Below are positions 1-8,741 of a DNA stretch of 22,110 nt, in pieces; the first letter of the stretch is position 1; each line of letters starts with the position of its first letter. The DNA lies in assembly GCA_034440595.1 (NCBI GenBank), contig JAWXCH010000392.1, forward strand, positions 1-22,110, written 5' to 3'. Made by a program: the position numbers and the translations under genes. The notes under the pieces are model-generated. The model was not told the DNA's origin, did not search any database, and was given only the letters and a program-made list of their open reading frames with translations. This DNA comes from Planctomycetota bacterium (GTDB lineage Bacteria; Planctomycetota; Planctomycetia; Pirellulales; JALHPA01).

Positions 1-1782
<1,782 letters not shown>

Positions 1783-1821
1783 GACTAAAGCCGGCTAGAA
1801 GAAGCCACGAGATAAATTGAG

Positions 1822-1857
1822 CAAGCCGCGGAGGAATTCCGCGGCTTGTTTCGTTTG
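1822..1857 (+). terminator. Rho-independent terminator-like hairpin downstream of CDS 625..1782
   Basis: Perfect 10-bp stem CAAGCCGCGG / CCGCGGCTTG at 1822-1831 and 1839-1848 with a 7-nt loop, followed by the T-rich tract TTTCGTTTGATT. Confidence 0.6.
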
Positions 1858-1884
1858 ATTCAACTTTTGGAGTGGTGGCAATTC

Positions 1885-2670
1885 ATGCGCAAAAAGGAAA
1901 AAACTGTGGGCCAGGAAATCCTGGAGAGCCTGACCGAGTTTCGCGATGCGCTGAAAAGCGGAGCGACGACTATGGAAAATCTCTGTCTGACTCGAAGACA
2001 AGGCCGTGAATTGGATCGCCGGGCGCTAGAACAGTACGGAATTCAGGGACTGGTCCTGATGGAGAACGCTGGCCGTGGCGTGGCCGACTATTTGGAGAGC
2101 CTTGGCCTGACGGGGCCTTTTGCCATCTGCTGCGGAAAGGGGAACAACGCCGGCGACGGCTTTGTGGTCGCGCGGCATTTGGCAGAACGATCGCACGAAG
2201 TACGGGTTGCACTTTTTGCCGACCCGGGTTCCCTACAAGGGGACGCCGCCGTGAACTTTGCGATATTGCAAAAGTGCGATGTGCCCATTTCTGTATTGGC
2301 ATCAGAGGTCAGCGAGCGGGAGATACACGCGTACCTCTCCGGTGCCGGCTGCGTGATCGATGCCCTGCTAGGAACGGGCGCGGTCGGGGTTCCTCGACCG
2401 CCGATCAGTCTGGCGATTGATGCGATCAACTATGCCAGTGCTAAATCGCCCGTATTGGTCGTGATTGCCATCGACATGCCCAGCGGGCTGGACTGCGACA
2501 GCGGTGAGCCATCGCCGCACACGGTCCGCGCAATGCACACTGCAACGCTAGTATCAATGAAGCTTGGTTTTTTGAACCCGCAAGCTGTGCCGTGGACCGG
2601 TCAGATTCAGGTGATCGGACTTGGCCTGCCGCGAAGGCTGATTGAGGAGATGAGCCGGTGGGAAGGATAA
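1885..2670 (+). CDS. nnrE: NAD(P)H-hydrate epimerase, standalone YjeF N-terminal domain protein; the start may instead be ATG 1972
   Basis: YjeF_N motifs are present: LVLMENAGRGVADY, ICCGKGNNAGDGFVVARHL, IDALLGTG and IDMPSGLD. No C-terminal ADP-dependent dehydratase or kinase domain is present. Two candidate starts exist: 1885 (MRKKEK...) and 1972 (MENLCLTRRQGRELDRRAL...), and the conserved domain begins near the second. Weak SDs precede both. Confidence 0.8.
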   Translation: MRKKEKTVGQEILESLTEFRDALKSGATTMENLCLTRRQGRELDRRALEQYGIQGLVLMENAGRGVADYLESLGLTGPFAICCGKGNNAGDGFVVARHLAERSHEVRVALFADPGSLQGDAAVNFAILQKCDVPISVLASEVSEREIHAYLSGAGCVIDALLGTGAVGVPRPPISLAIDAINYASAKSPVLVVIAIDMPSGLDCDSGEPSPHTVRAMHTATLVSMKLGFLNPQAVPWTGQIQVIGLGLPRRLIEEMSRWEG

Positions 2671-2950
2671 AACCGCGTCATAGGCGTTATTTTTCTTAAC
2701 TTTTCGCTTGCCGGCGGTCCCGAACCATCCTCTAGTGGCCGGACTTCTCGTAATGGACCTGCGGCTTATCTGACCTAGGTTCTCCATCACGTTTGTGACA
2801 GGTCTGCCGAAATCGCCTACGAATCCGGACAAAGATCGCGAACGCGACTTGCTGGCATCGAGTGGCCGAAGACAGAGTAGGCCGCATTCCGTGCGGCGAA
2901 ATCGTGATTCTTAGAAGTTCAGCACCGGCAGTTTTGAGAGGGTCCTGCGC

Positions 2951-3592
2951 ATGATCGGCCGCACGTTATTTTACGGCTTAGTTTTTACCGTCGCGGTGGG
3001 CCTGCCATATTTGACCTCGGGCTGGTCCAAGAAGGATGCGAAGGGGACATCTCCAGCCGCTTCCGCTATGGACCAGCATGCCGCCGCGAGTGGCCATGCG
3101 TCAGAACATCCGTCGTTGGCGCTTGGTTCAAAGGGTACTCCTGCGGCGACCGAATCACATCCGCCTCTGGTGGACATGGCCGATGCCTTTCGCTTTGACA
3201 TTACGCCCAACTACCTGATGCAACGCTGGCCACGCGTGACAGCCGGCTTGCCGGTAAGCAATCTGCAAGGTTATCGCGTGCCGTTGGTCACGGGAGCTGG
3301 AGAAACCGATCTGGCCGGTTCCCTGACCTACTATTTCAATCCTCAGCAGCAGTGCGAGCGAATTGAATTTCGCGGAGCCAATGGCAATCCAAACCGTCTG
3401 GTGCAAATGGTGACCTCTCGGTTTGGATTGACCCGGCAGTCGACAGAGGACGCGGGACTGCATCTTTATCAAACGCGTTGGAACGGCGAGGCCGTGAGCG
3501 AAATGAAAATTCGACCGGTGCGATTGATCCGAGCAGCTACGCCAAACGCACGCTATGAGATCGAATTGACGCTGGTCAATTGGAAGAGTTGA
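2951..3592 (+). CDS. Hypothetical protein with an N-terminal signal or membrane anchor
   Basis: ATG at 2951 is preceded by GAGAGGG with an 8-nt spacer. The N-terminus MIGRTLFYGLVFTVAVGLPYL is hydrophobic. The ORF is 213 aa in a coding-like frame. I recognise no family. Confidence 0.55.
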   Translation: MIGRTLFYGLVFTVAVGLPYLTSGWSKKDAKGTSPAASAMDQHAAASGHASEHPSLALGSKGTPAATESHPPLVDMADAFRFDITPNYLMQRWPRVTAGLPVSNLQGYRVPLVTGAGETDLAGSLTYYFNPQQQCERIEFRGANGNPNRLVQMVTSRFGLTRQSTEDAGLHLYQTRWNGEAVSEMKIRPVRLIRAATPNARYEIELTLVNWKS

Positions 3593-3756
3593 GTTTGCAC
3601 CGCACCGGCAATCGACCGCCAATTAGTGCTGCATCAATACTCTCAGGGTGGGATTGTCGCCAGCGAAAACCTACGCAGTGCTGTCTAGCCATGACGCGGC
3701 ACATTAGCCCAGCGGCGAGGCGAAACTTTACGCTCTTTGGCCTGAAAGGCCGTTTC

Positions 3757-4116
3757 TACCAGCCCGGGGTGTAGTCGCGGAGCGGCGGAACCCCGGGTTA
3801 GCCGGTTGCGCCATCTTTCCCCCCTCTCCACGCACAGGACTTTGATTTCAACTGCCACGCCTTCGGGGAGAGGGGCCAGCGGTGAGGGCGATGTGAGAAA
3901 GTTGAGATGAGAAAGTGGAGAGTAGAAAAACCGAATCTCGCCAAATTCAAATGCTCTACTCTCTGTCTGACCCTCACCCGACGCTGGGGCGTCGACCTCT
4001 CCCCCGTGGCGCGTTGTGTGAAGTCAAGGTCTTGCGGGTGGAGAGGTGGAGGGTGGTTGGACCGCTAACCCGGGGTTCCGGTCGCTCCACCCCGGGCTGA
4101 CGGAGACGACCCTTTT
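3757..4116. repeat. Imperfect palindrome of ~360 bp (MITE/REP/PATE-like) with GC-rich stem-loop terminal modules; a solo module copy lies at 17653-17712
   Basis: The terminal module at 4062-4116 (gctaaCCCGGGGttccggtcgctccaCCCCGGGctgacggagacgaccc) is the reverse complement of 3757-3806. The interior arms 3812-3935 and 3945-4062 are about 75-80% complementary (for example cctctccacgcacaggac pairs with gtcttgcgggtggagagg, and ggggagagg pairs with cctctcccc). The central hairpin is gagagtag...ctactctc. The element sits between convergent genes. Confidence 0.7.
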
Positions 4117-4239
4117 GAGTCTGAGAACTGAAAAGTAATCTTGTTGTTTAGATCGGTGTTTGGCTAACAGGCAATCCCAAGCACGGCTGGCATGGAAGCA
4201 GTTGTACGCAAACTTCGCTATGACAGATCGCTGTCCTGG

Positions 4240-4542
4240 TTACTTAGTCGGCGTATCACGTTGCTCATCAGGAACTGTCGTCGCGTCAGGCTCTCCTGCT
4301 CGTTGCAATGCTTTTTCCAGTCGCCTGAGGCGCAACTCCAACGCCAGAATTCTGCGATCCAGTTGTTCAATCTGCAGTGCCTGATCCATCGCCGGTGCCG
4401 GCGTGTCACCGGGTATTGGACGTGTGTCGTCCGCAGGCAGAGGCTGCTTATTCGCCGGTATCAGAACAGGCTGTCCAACGGGCTGCATATCGGGCCGAGG
4501 CGGAGGAGGCACGACACGTTTTTGGTTTGTCTGAGGCTCCAT
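4240..4542 (-). CDS. Possible small Pro-rich, coiled-coil protein; the start is uncertain and it overlaps the 3' end of the PDZ gene
   Basis: The 100-aa ORF has a Pro-rich N-terminus and then an amphipathic heptad-like segment LQIEQLDRRILALELRLRRLEKALQ. It looks more protein-like than the overlapping Arg/Cys-rich plus-strand ORFs. Internal Met codons at 4491 and 4389 would reduce or remove the overlap. Confidence 0.3.
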   Translation of the reverse strand: MEPQTNQKRVVPPPPRPDMQPVGQPVLIPANKQPLPADDTRPIPGDTPAPAMDQALQIEQLDRRILALELRLRRLEKALQRAGEPDATTVPDEQRDTPTK

Positions 4543-5383
4543 TTTCCGGAGGTGCGCCCGCCAGCGTCACGGTTGCTTCTTTCTCGCGGCCATCGAACAG
4601 GTAGCGTATCTTCAGCGATTGCCCATCCTTGGAATTCTCCAAAATTCTTGCTAGATCATGCGGGCCACTCACTGGCTGGCCATTGGCTTTGATAATCACG
4701 GCATCAATTGGAATACCGGCCGTCTGTGCGGCAGATCCGACGGCGTGTGAAATCACCACCGCTCCCGAGTTTGTCGGCAGCCGCAACCTGCGGCGCAGTT
4801 CGTCGGTAACGCTCGAAGTCCGAACGCCAAGCCGCTGGCCGCGCGTTGCAAGTTCGGGATTAGCTCCACGTAGGACGAGCGAGTCTAGTAGCTCGCCGCC
4901 TCCGGATTTTTCCAATGGGTCTGACGGCTCAGGAATTAGTCCTAGAGGGGCCGTTTGCGCTTCTGGAGGTGGTCGTCGACCGAGCGTGACCTCGATCGTT
5001 TGCGGCTTGTCAGCTCGTACGATGGACAGTTTCAGGCGGCTGCCGACGGTCGACGATTTCAGCACGGCGACAATGTCATCGATGGAACGGATTGGCCGGC
5101 CATCGATTGCCGTAATCAGGTCGGTAAGCTTCAGACCCGCGAGGGCGGCCGGACTATCTGGTGTGATCTGAACAATTCTGGTTCCGCGGCCCGCTTCGGA
5201 CCGGTCATCGGTGATGACTCCGAGATACCCTGGCTCGGTTTCAGTCCGCGTTTCGGCCGGTTGAGCATCCGCGCCTGGCAGCGCGGCCGGACCACCGATG
5301 CGCTGAGCAAGGGCCTGCACGTCACAGAGGATTTGGCAGTAACTGCCAAGCAGTAGAATGACGACGAATTGAGCAGGTTTCAT
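4448..5383 (-). CDS. Secreted tandem-PDZ domain protein with no protease domain
   Basis: ATG (read on the minus strand) at 5381-5383 gives MKPAQFVVILLLGSYCQILC, a signal peptide. Two PDZ-like domains follow, each about 90 aa (GYLGV...IVQITPDSPAALAGLKLTDLITAIDGRPI... and GVRTSSV...GAVVISHAVGSAAQTAGIPIDAVIIKANGQPV...). The listed ORF start at 5425 adds 14 non-signal residues and is less likely. Confidence 0.8.
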   Translation of the reverse strand: MKPAQFVVILLLGSYCQILCDVQALAQRIGGPAALPGADAQPAETRTETEPGYLGVITDDRSEAGRGTRIVQITPDSPAALAGLKLTDLITAIDGRPIRSIDDIVAVLKSSTVGSRLKLSIVRADKPQTIEVTLGRRPPPEAQTAPLGLIPEPSDPLEKSGGGELLDSLVLRGANPELATRGQRLGVRTSSVTDELRRRLRLPTNSGAVVISHAVGSAAQTAGIPIDAVIIKANGQPVSGPHDLARILENSKDGQSLKIRYLFDGREKEATVTLAGAPPENGASDKPKTCRASSASARYAARWTACSDTGE

Positions 5384-5517
5384 CTGAGGACCGCCGATGC
5401 TGGGATAGGCCGAGCGAGTACTCAACCATTATAACTAGGCAAACTGGCGGAGACGTCGATCGATTTGTAATTCCGCTGGCCACTTGCCGTATTTCAACTA
5501 GTCAGCCATTTAGCAAT

Positions 5518-6528
5518 GTGTCGAATATAACGGTGCGACAAGGTTACAACGCGGAGCAACAATTGTCACAGTTTGAATTCACCATTTCGACCGTGGCCCG
5601 GCCTCGTCATGGGGAAGTACTGGAGTTGCTCTTTGCAGACCTGACGGAGCCGAACCGCGCGATTCAGGTTGATCAGGCGATGGACTCGCTGGCGCAATCT
5701 CAACTGCACGCCGGGGGGCTACTCGAAGCAGTGCAGGGCAAGAGTTTGGTGGCGACCAGTTGGCTGCAATTGTTGCCGGGCCGTGCGGGGTATCTGTGGG
5801 GCCCGCAATTCATCAGTGACTCATCGGGCAGTGAGCAGCGGAGAGCAATTCTCTCATCGAATGATATTCAGTTGATTGCAAGTGAATTGACCAGTGCATC
5901 CTTTAAGTTCACACAGCAGGCGGGCTGTCAGATCGTGCAATCGCTGGTGGCACCAAGTGATTTGGATATCGCCGCTGGAATGCAACAAGCAGGTATGCAG
6001 CATGCGACCGACCTGCATTACTTAGTTAGTTTGCGCAAAGCCTTTCCGCAAAGTGCTGAGCCGTCGGAACTGACTTTTGAAGCATATAGCTCCGCAGACC
6101 AGTTACGCTGGGAGGGGGTCATTGACCGCACCTACGAGGGGTCCCTGGACTGCCCGTTGGTGAATGGAACACGTGCAGTCTCGGAGCTACTGGAAAGCTA
6201 CCGCAATACGGGGGATTCGGGAGCCACTCACTGGTACTTTGTGCGGCAGGCTGGCCAGGATATCGGCTGCCTGCTCCTGGCCGAGCACCGACGCGAATCC
6301 TGCTGGGAATTGGTCTACATGGGGATCATCCCGGAAGTGCGCGGTCGGGGTCTTGGCCGGCAAATTGTGCGCTACGCGCAGCGGCTGGCGCAGCAGCACC
6401 AGGCGGCGCAACTGGCGCTGGCGGTCGATGCCGAAAATCAGCCTGCGCTGGCTATGTACATGGACGCGGATTTTGTCGTCTGTGAAGCGCGACAGGTGCT
6501 GCTTTTTTTCGCGCAAACGCCGCTGTAG
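5518..6528 (+). CDS. GNAT-family N-acetyltransferase, apparently two GNAT-like halves
   Basis: The C-terminal half carries the acetyl-CoA binding motif VYMGIIPEVRGRGLGRQIVRYAQ (Q/RxxGxG/A). The N-terminal half is GNAT-like but degenerate. Start is GTG at 5518. Confidence 0.75.
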   Translation: MSNITVRQGYNAEQQLSQFEFTISTVARPRHGEVLELLFADLTEPNRAIQVDQAMDSLAQSQLHAGGLLEAVQGKSLVATSWLQLLPGRAGYLWGPQFISDSSGSEQRRAILSSNDIQLIASELTSASFKFTQQAGCQIVQSLVAPSDLDIAAGMQQAGMQHATDLHYLVSLRKAFPQSAEPSELTFEAYSSADQLRWEGVIDRTYEGSLDCPLVNGTRAVSELLESYRNTGDSGATHWYFVRQAGQDIGCLLLAEHRRESCWELVYMGIIPEVRGRGLGRQIVRYAQRLAQQHQAAQLALAVDAENQPALAMYMDADFVVCEARQVLLFFAQTPL

Positions 6529-6712
6529 TCGTGCCGGCCTTTTTCCTCGTGAGGAATCCCGAACAGACCAGGCGGAATCTCGTTTCTCTTTATTTTGCAG
6601 CAGGTTACGTCGATATGAATTGCGCCGCTTGAGGAGAGTTGAACACGATTCAAACATATTTTCCACCCCCTGCATCAGGCCATCGCAAATAATTTTTGAG
6701 CGCGCAAGTGCT

Positions 6713-6750
6713 ACTTGACAGGCCCATTTGTTCGACGAAATAGAGACTAA
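6713..6750 (+). promoter_or_regulatory. Candidate sigma70-like promoter upstream of dnaA: TTGACA at 6713-6718 with a weak -10 (aaTAGAga) about 17-19 nt downstream
   Basis: Perfect -35 hexamer TTGACA in the AT-richer tract upstream of dnaA. The -10 is poor. Planctomycete promoters are poorly defined. Confidence 0.2.
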
Positions 6751-7008
6751 ATTTTTGCTCGCCGACAGACATCGAACGATGCTTTGAGCGCGAGGTTTGA
6801 CACCTCTGCTAGCACGGTTACAATCGGCGAGTCGGGTGACCATTACAAGGGATCGGGACGGCATCGCCGTCTTTTAAGCGCCGCGTTTTCCGCTGGCATC
6901 ATTTCCTCCGCTAGTTTGTTGGCTTGTGCCACGATGGCCAGGCTCGTAGGAGTGATGCGCGCGTTGATACACTCGGTCAGGAAGAGCCAATTCCGTCAGG
7001 AAGAGATC

Positions 7009-8607
7009 ATGGACGATAAGGAAATCGTGTCAGCTATTCTCGCCAACTTGGCTGACCGGGTCGGACACGATCGATTTGAACTGTGGTTTGGCGGAAACGT
7101 CAGACTATCGTTGGGCGAGTCGGCACTTGTGGTCGATGTGCCTAATCGGTTTTCGCAAGACTGGCTACGCCGGAATTTTCGCGCGGACCTGGAATCCGCC
7201 TGTCAGGAGATTCTGGGCCGTTCGTTGCTGCTGGAGTTTCGGGTCGACGAAGCACTCCCAAAAGCCTCAGGCTGGGACAACCGCGCGCAGACCGCTGATT
7301 TGGAACTCGTAGTGGCAGGCGAATCTGACGTGCTAACGCTCCGAAGTACTGCAATAGCGACGACACTGTGTGAGCCGGTCGCGCCCCATTGTTTGAAGTT
7401 GGCCGATGGTTTGAATCTGGCCGACGATCCAGCTTTGGCAGATCAGGCAAAACAGCACGGCATGCGAGACTGCGTAGTTCAGGCGAAATCGTCGACTAGA
7501 CCGGTCAGGTCGGCAGTACATCGGACACGCGGCAATGGACAAGCTGCCGCCACCGCTGTCAGCAATGGCCCGCAACGCCGCCGTTTTGCGAATCTCGGCT
7601 CATTCGTCGTCGGCAGCAATAATCGCCTGGCACATGCCTCGGCGGAATTAGCGGTGGAACGTCTGGGAACGATGAACCCGCTGTTCATTCATGGTCCCAC
7701 CGGGGTCGGCAAGACACATCTCTTGGAGGGGATCTGGTCCGCCGTTCGGCAAAAACAGGGCCAATCGGTCTATTTGACGGCCGAGCAGTTCACCACGCAG
7801 TTTTTAGAAGCACTGCGCGGCAGCGGACTGCCCAATTTTCGCCGCAAGTATCGCAGCGTCGATGTGTTGATTCTGGACGACATTCACTTTTTCGCCGGCA
7901 AGCGTGCCACGCTGATTGAATTGCTGCACACGATTGACACGCTGATGCAGCAAGGGCGACAACTCATCCTGGCGGCTGACCGTGCTCCTGGGGAGTTGAA
8001 GGATCTGGGAGCGGAACTGACCGCACGACTGGCCGCCGGCATGGTATCTCGCCTGGACCCACCAGACCACGCAGTTCGCCTGGGGATTATTCGGCAGCGT
8101 GCCGCAGCAATCGGCCTGCAACTTTGCACCGAAGTCGAGCAGTATGTGGCAACTCACTTGACGACGCACGCACGCGAGTTGCTGGGAGCGATCAATCGCT
8201 TGCAGGCGGTCAGCCGAATTCAGAATCAGCCGGTCTCGCTGGCAATGGCCGAGGAATCGCTGTCCGAGATGATCCGCCAGTATGGTCGATCGGTTCAACT
8301 CAATGATATTGAGAAGGCCGTTTGCGATGTTTTTGGACTGGGGTCCGAAAGCTTGCAATCCGAGCGGCGTGCCAAGGCGCTGAATACCCCGCGCATGCTG
8401 GCCATGTGGCTGGCTCGCAAGCACACACGGTCAGCACTCAGTGAAATTGGCAAATACTTTGGCGGGCGAAGTCATAGTACGGTTATCTCCGCACAAAAGA
8501 CCGTCGGCGATTGGGTCACCAGTCGTACGCAGGTCGATCTGAACCGCAAGAACTGCGACATTGATGATGCCATTCGCGAAGTGGAAGCGCGGTTACGGAC
8601 CGGCTAG
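7009..8607 (+). CDS. dnaA: Chromosomal replication initiator protein DnaA
   Basis: ATG at 7009 is preceded by AGGAAGAG. Domain I is visible (FELWFGG...LVVDVPNRFSQDWLRRNF). The AAA+ Walker A is LFIHGPTGVGKTHLL, Walker B/sensor is VDVLILDDIHFF, and the C-terminal DnaA-box binding helix is TPRMLAMWLARKHTRSALSEIGKYFGGRSHSTV. The upstream in-frame extension from 6784 (TTG) is low-complexity and unlikely to be coding. Confidence 0.95.
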   Translation: MDDKEIVSAILANLADRVGHDRFELWFGGNVRLSLGESALVVDVPNRFSQDWLRRNFRADLESACQEILGRSLLLEFRVDEALPKASGWDNRAQTADLELVVAGESDVLTLRSTAIATTLCEPVAPHCLKLADGLNLADDPALADQAKQHGMRDCVVQAKSSTRPVRSAVHRTRGNGQAAATAVSNGPQRRRFANLGSFVVGSNNRLAHASAELAVERLGTMNPLFIHGPTGVGKTHLLEGIWSAVRQKQGQSVYLTAEQFTTQFLEALRGSGLPNFRRKYRSVDVLILDDIHFFAGKRATLIELLHTIDTLMQQGRQLILAADRAPGELKDLGAELTARLAAGMVSRLDPPDHAVRLGIIRQRAAAIGLQLCTEVEQYVATHLTTHARELLGAINRLQAVSRIQNQPVSLAMAEESLSEMIRQYGRSVQLNDIEKAVCDVFGLGSESLQSERRAKALNTPRMLAMWLARKHTRSALSEIGKYFGGRSHSTVISAQKTVGDWVTSRTQVDLNRKNCDIDDAIREVEARLRTG

Positions 8608-8618
8608 TAAGGTGTGCC

Positions 8619-8635
8619 ACTGGCTTTGCCAGTGA
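8619..8635 (+). terminator. Short perfect hairpin cactggc-ttt-gccagtg just after the dnaA stop, within a larger inverted-repeat region
   Basis: 7-bp stem with a 3-nt loop, but no U-tract after it. The region also holds three copies of the 10-mer agtggcacac, one of them inverted, between convergent genes. Confidence 0.3.
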
Positions 8636-8741
8636 TACTGAGTTCCGACTTGTGCCGCTTGAGGAGCCAGAAGTCACACCGTTAATGCAATTCACACTGG
8701 CGGAGCCAGTGGCACACTTCTAGTGGCACACAAATGCCGAG

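Noticed and set aside
3811-4062. G-run-rich interior of the palindrome (ggtggagaggtggagggtgg) as a G-quadruplex
   Set aside because: G-runs are mostly 2-3 nt and are paired to C-runs on the opposite arm. Hairpin formation explains the pattern better.
3915-4100. 61-aa ORF inside the palindromic element
   Set aside because: It lies entirely within the self-complementary arms and is Arg/Gly-rich, so it is unlikely to be coding.
4192-4692. 166-aa plus-strand ORF (Arg/Cys-rich) between the palindrome and the PDZ gene
   Set aside because: The RRQRLLIRRYQNR-type composition is typical of non-coding frames in GC-rich DNA. It overlaps the PDZ gene 3' end on the opposite strand.
4629-5356. Plus-strand ORFs (180 aa and 133 aa) antisense to the PDZ gene
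   Set aside because: They are Ser/Arg-rich antisense frames, and the PDZ domains on the minus strand are clear.
6622-6640. 13-mer gccgcttgaggag shared between 6625-6637 (upstream of dnaA) and 8654-8666 (downstream of dnaA)
   Set aside because: By a rough estimate, a few exact 13-mer pairs are expected by chance in 22 kb of biased-composition DNA. The match has no extended similarity or symmetry, so I treat it as coincidence unless it proves conserved.
6187-6864. 225-aa minus-strand ORF antisense to the GNAT 3' end and the dnaA upstream region
   Set aside because: It is extremely Arg-rich and has no motifs. It overlaps a well-supported GNAT CDS, so it is an antisense artefact.
6784-7008. In-frame N-terminal extension of dnaA from TTG 6784
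   Set aside because: The extension is low complexity and not DnaA-like. A strong SD sits directly before ATG 7009, where canonical domain I begins.
7804-8424. 206-aa minus-strand ORF inside dnaA
   Set aside because: It lies wholly antisense to the confidently identified dnaA gene and has no motif.
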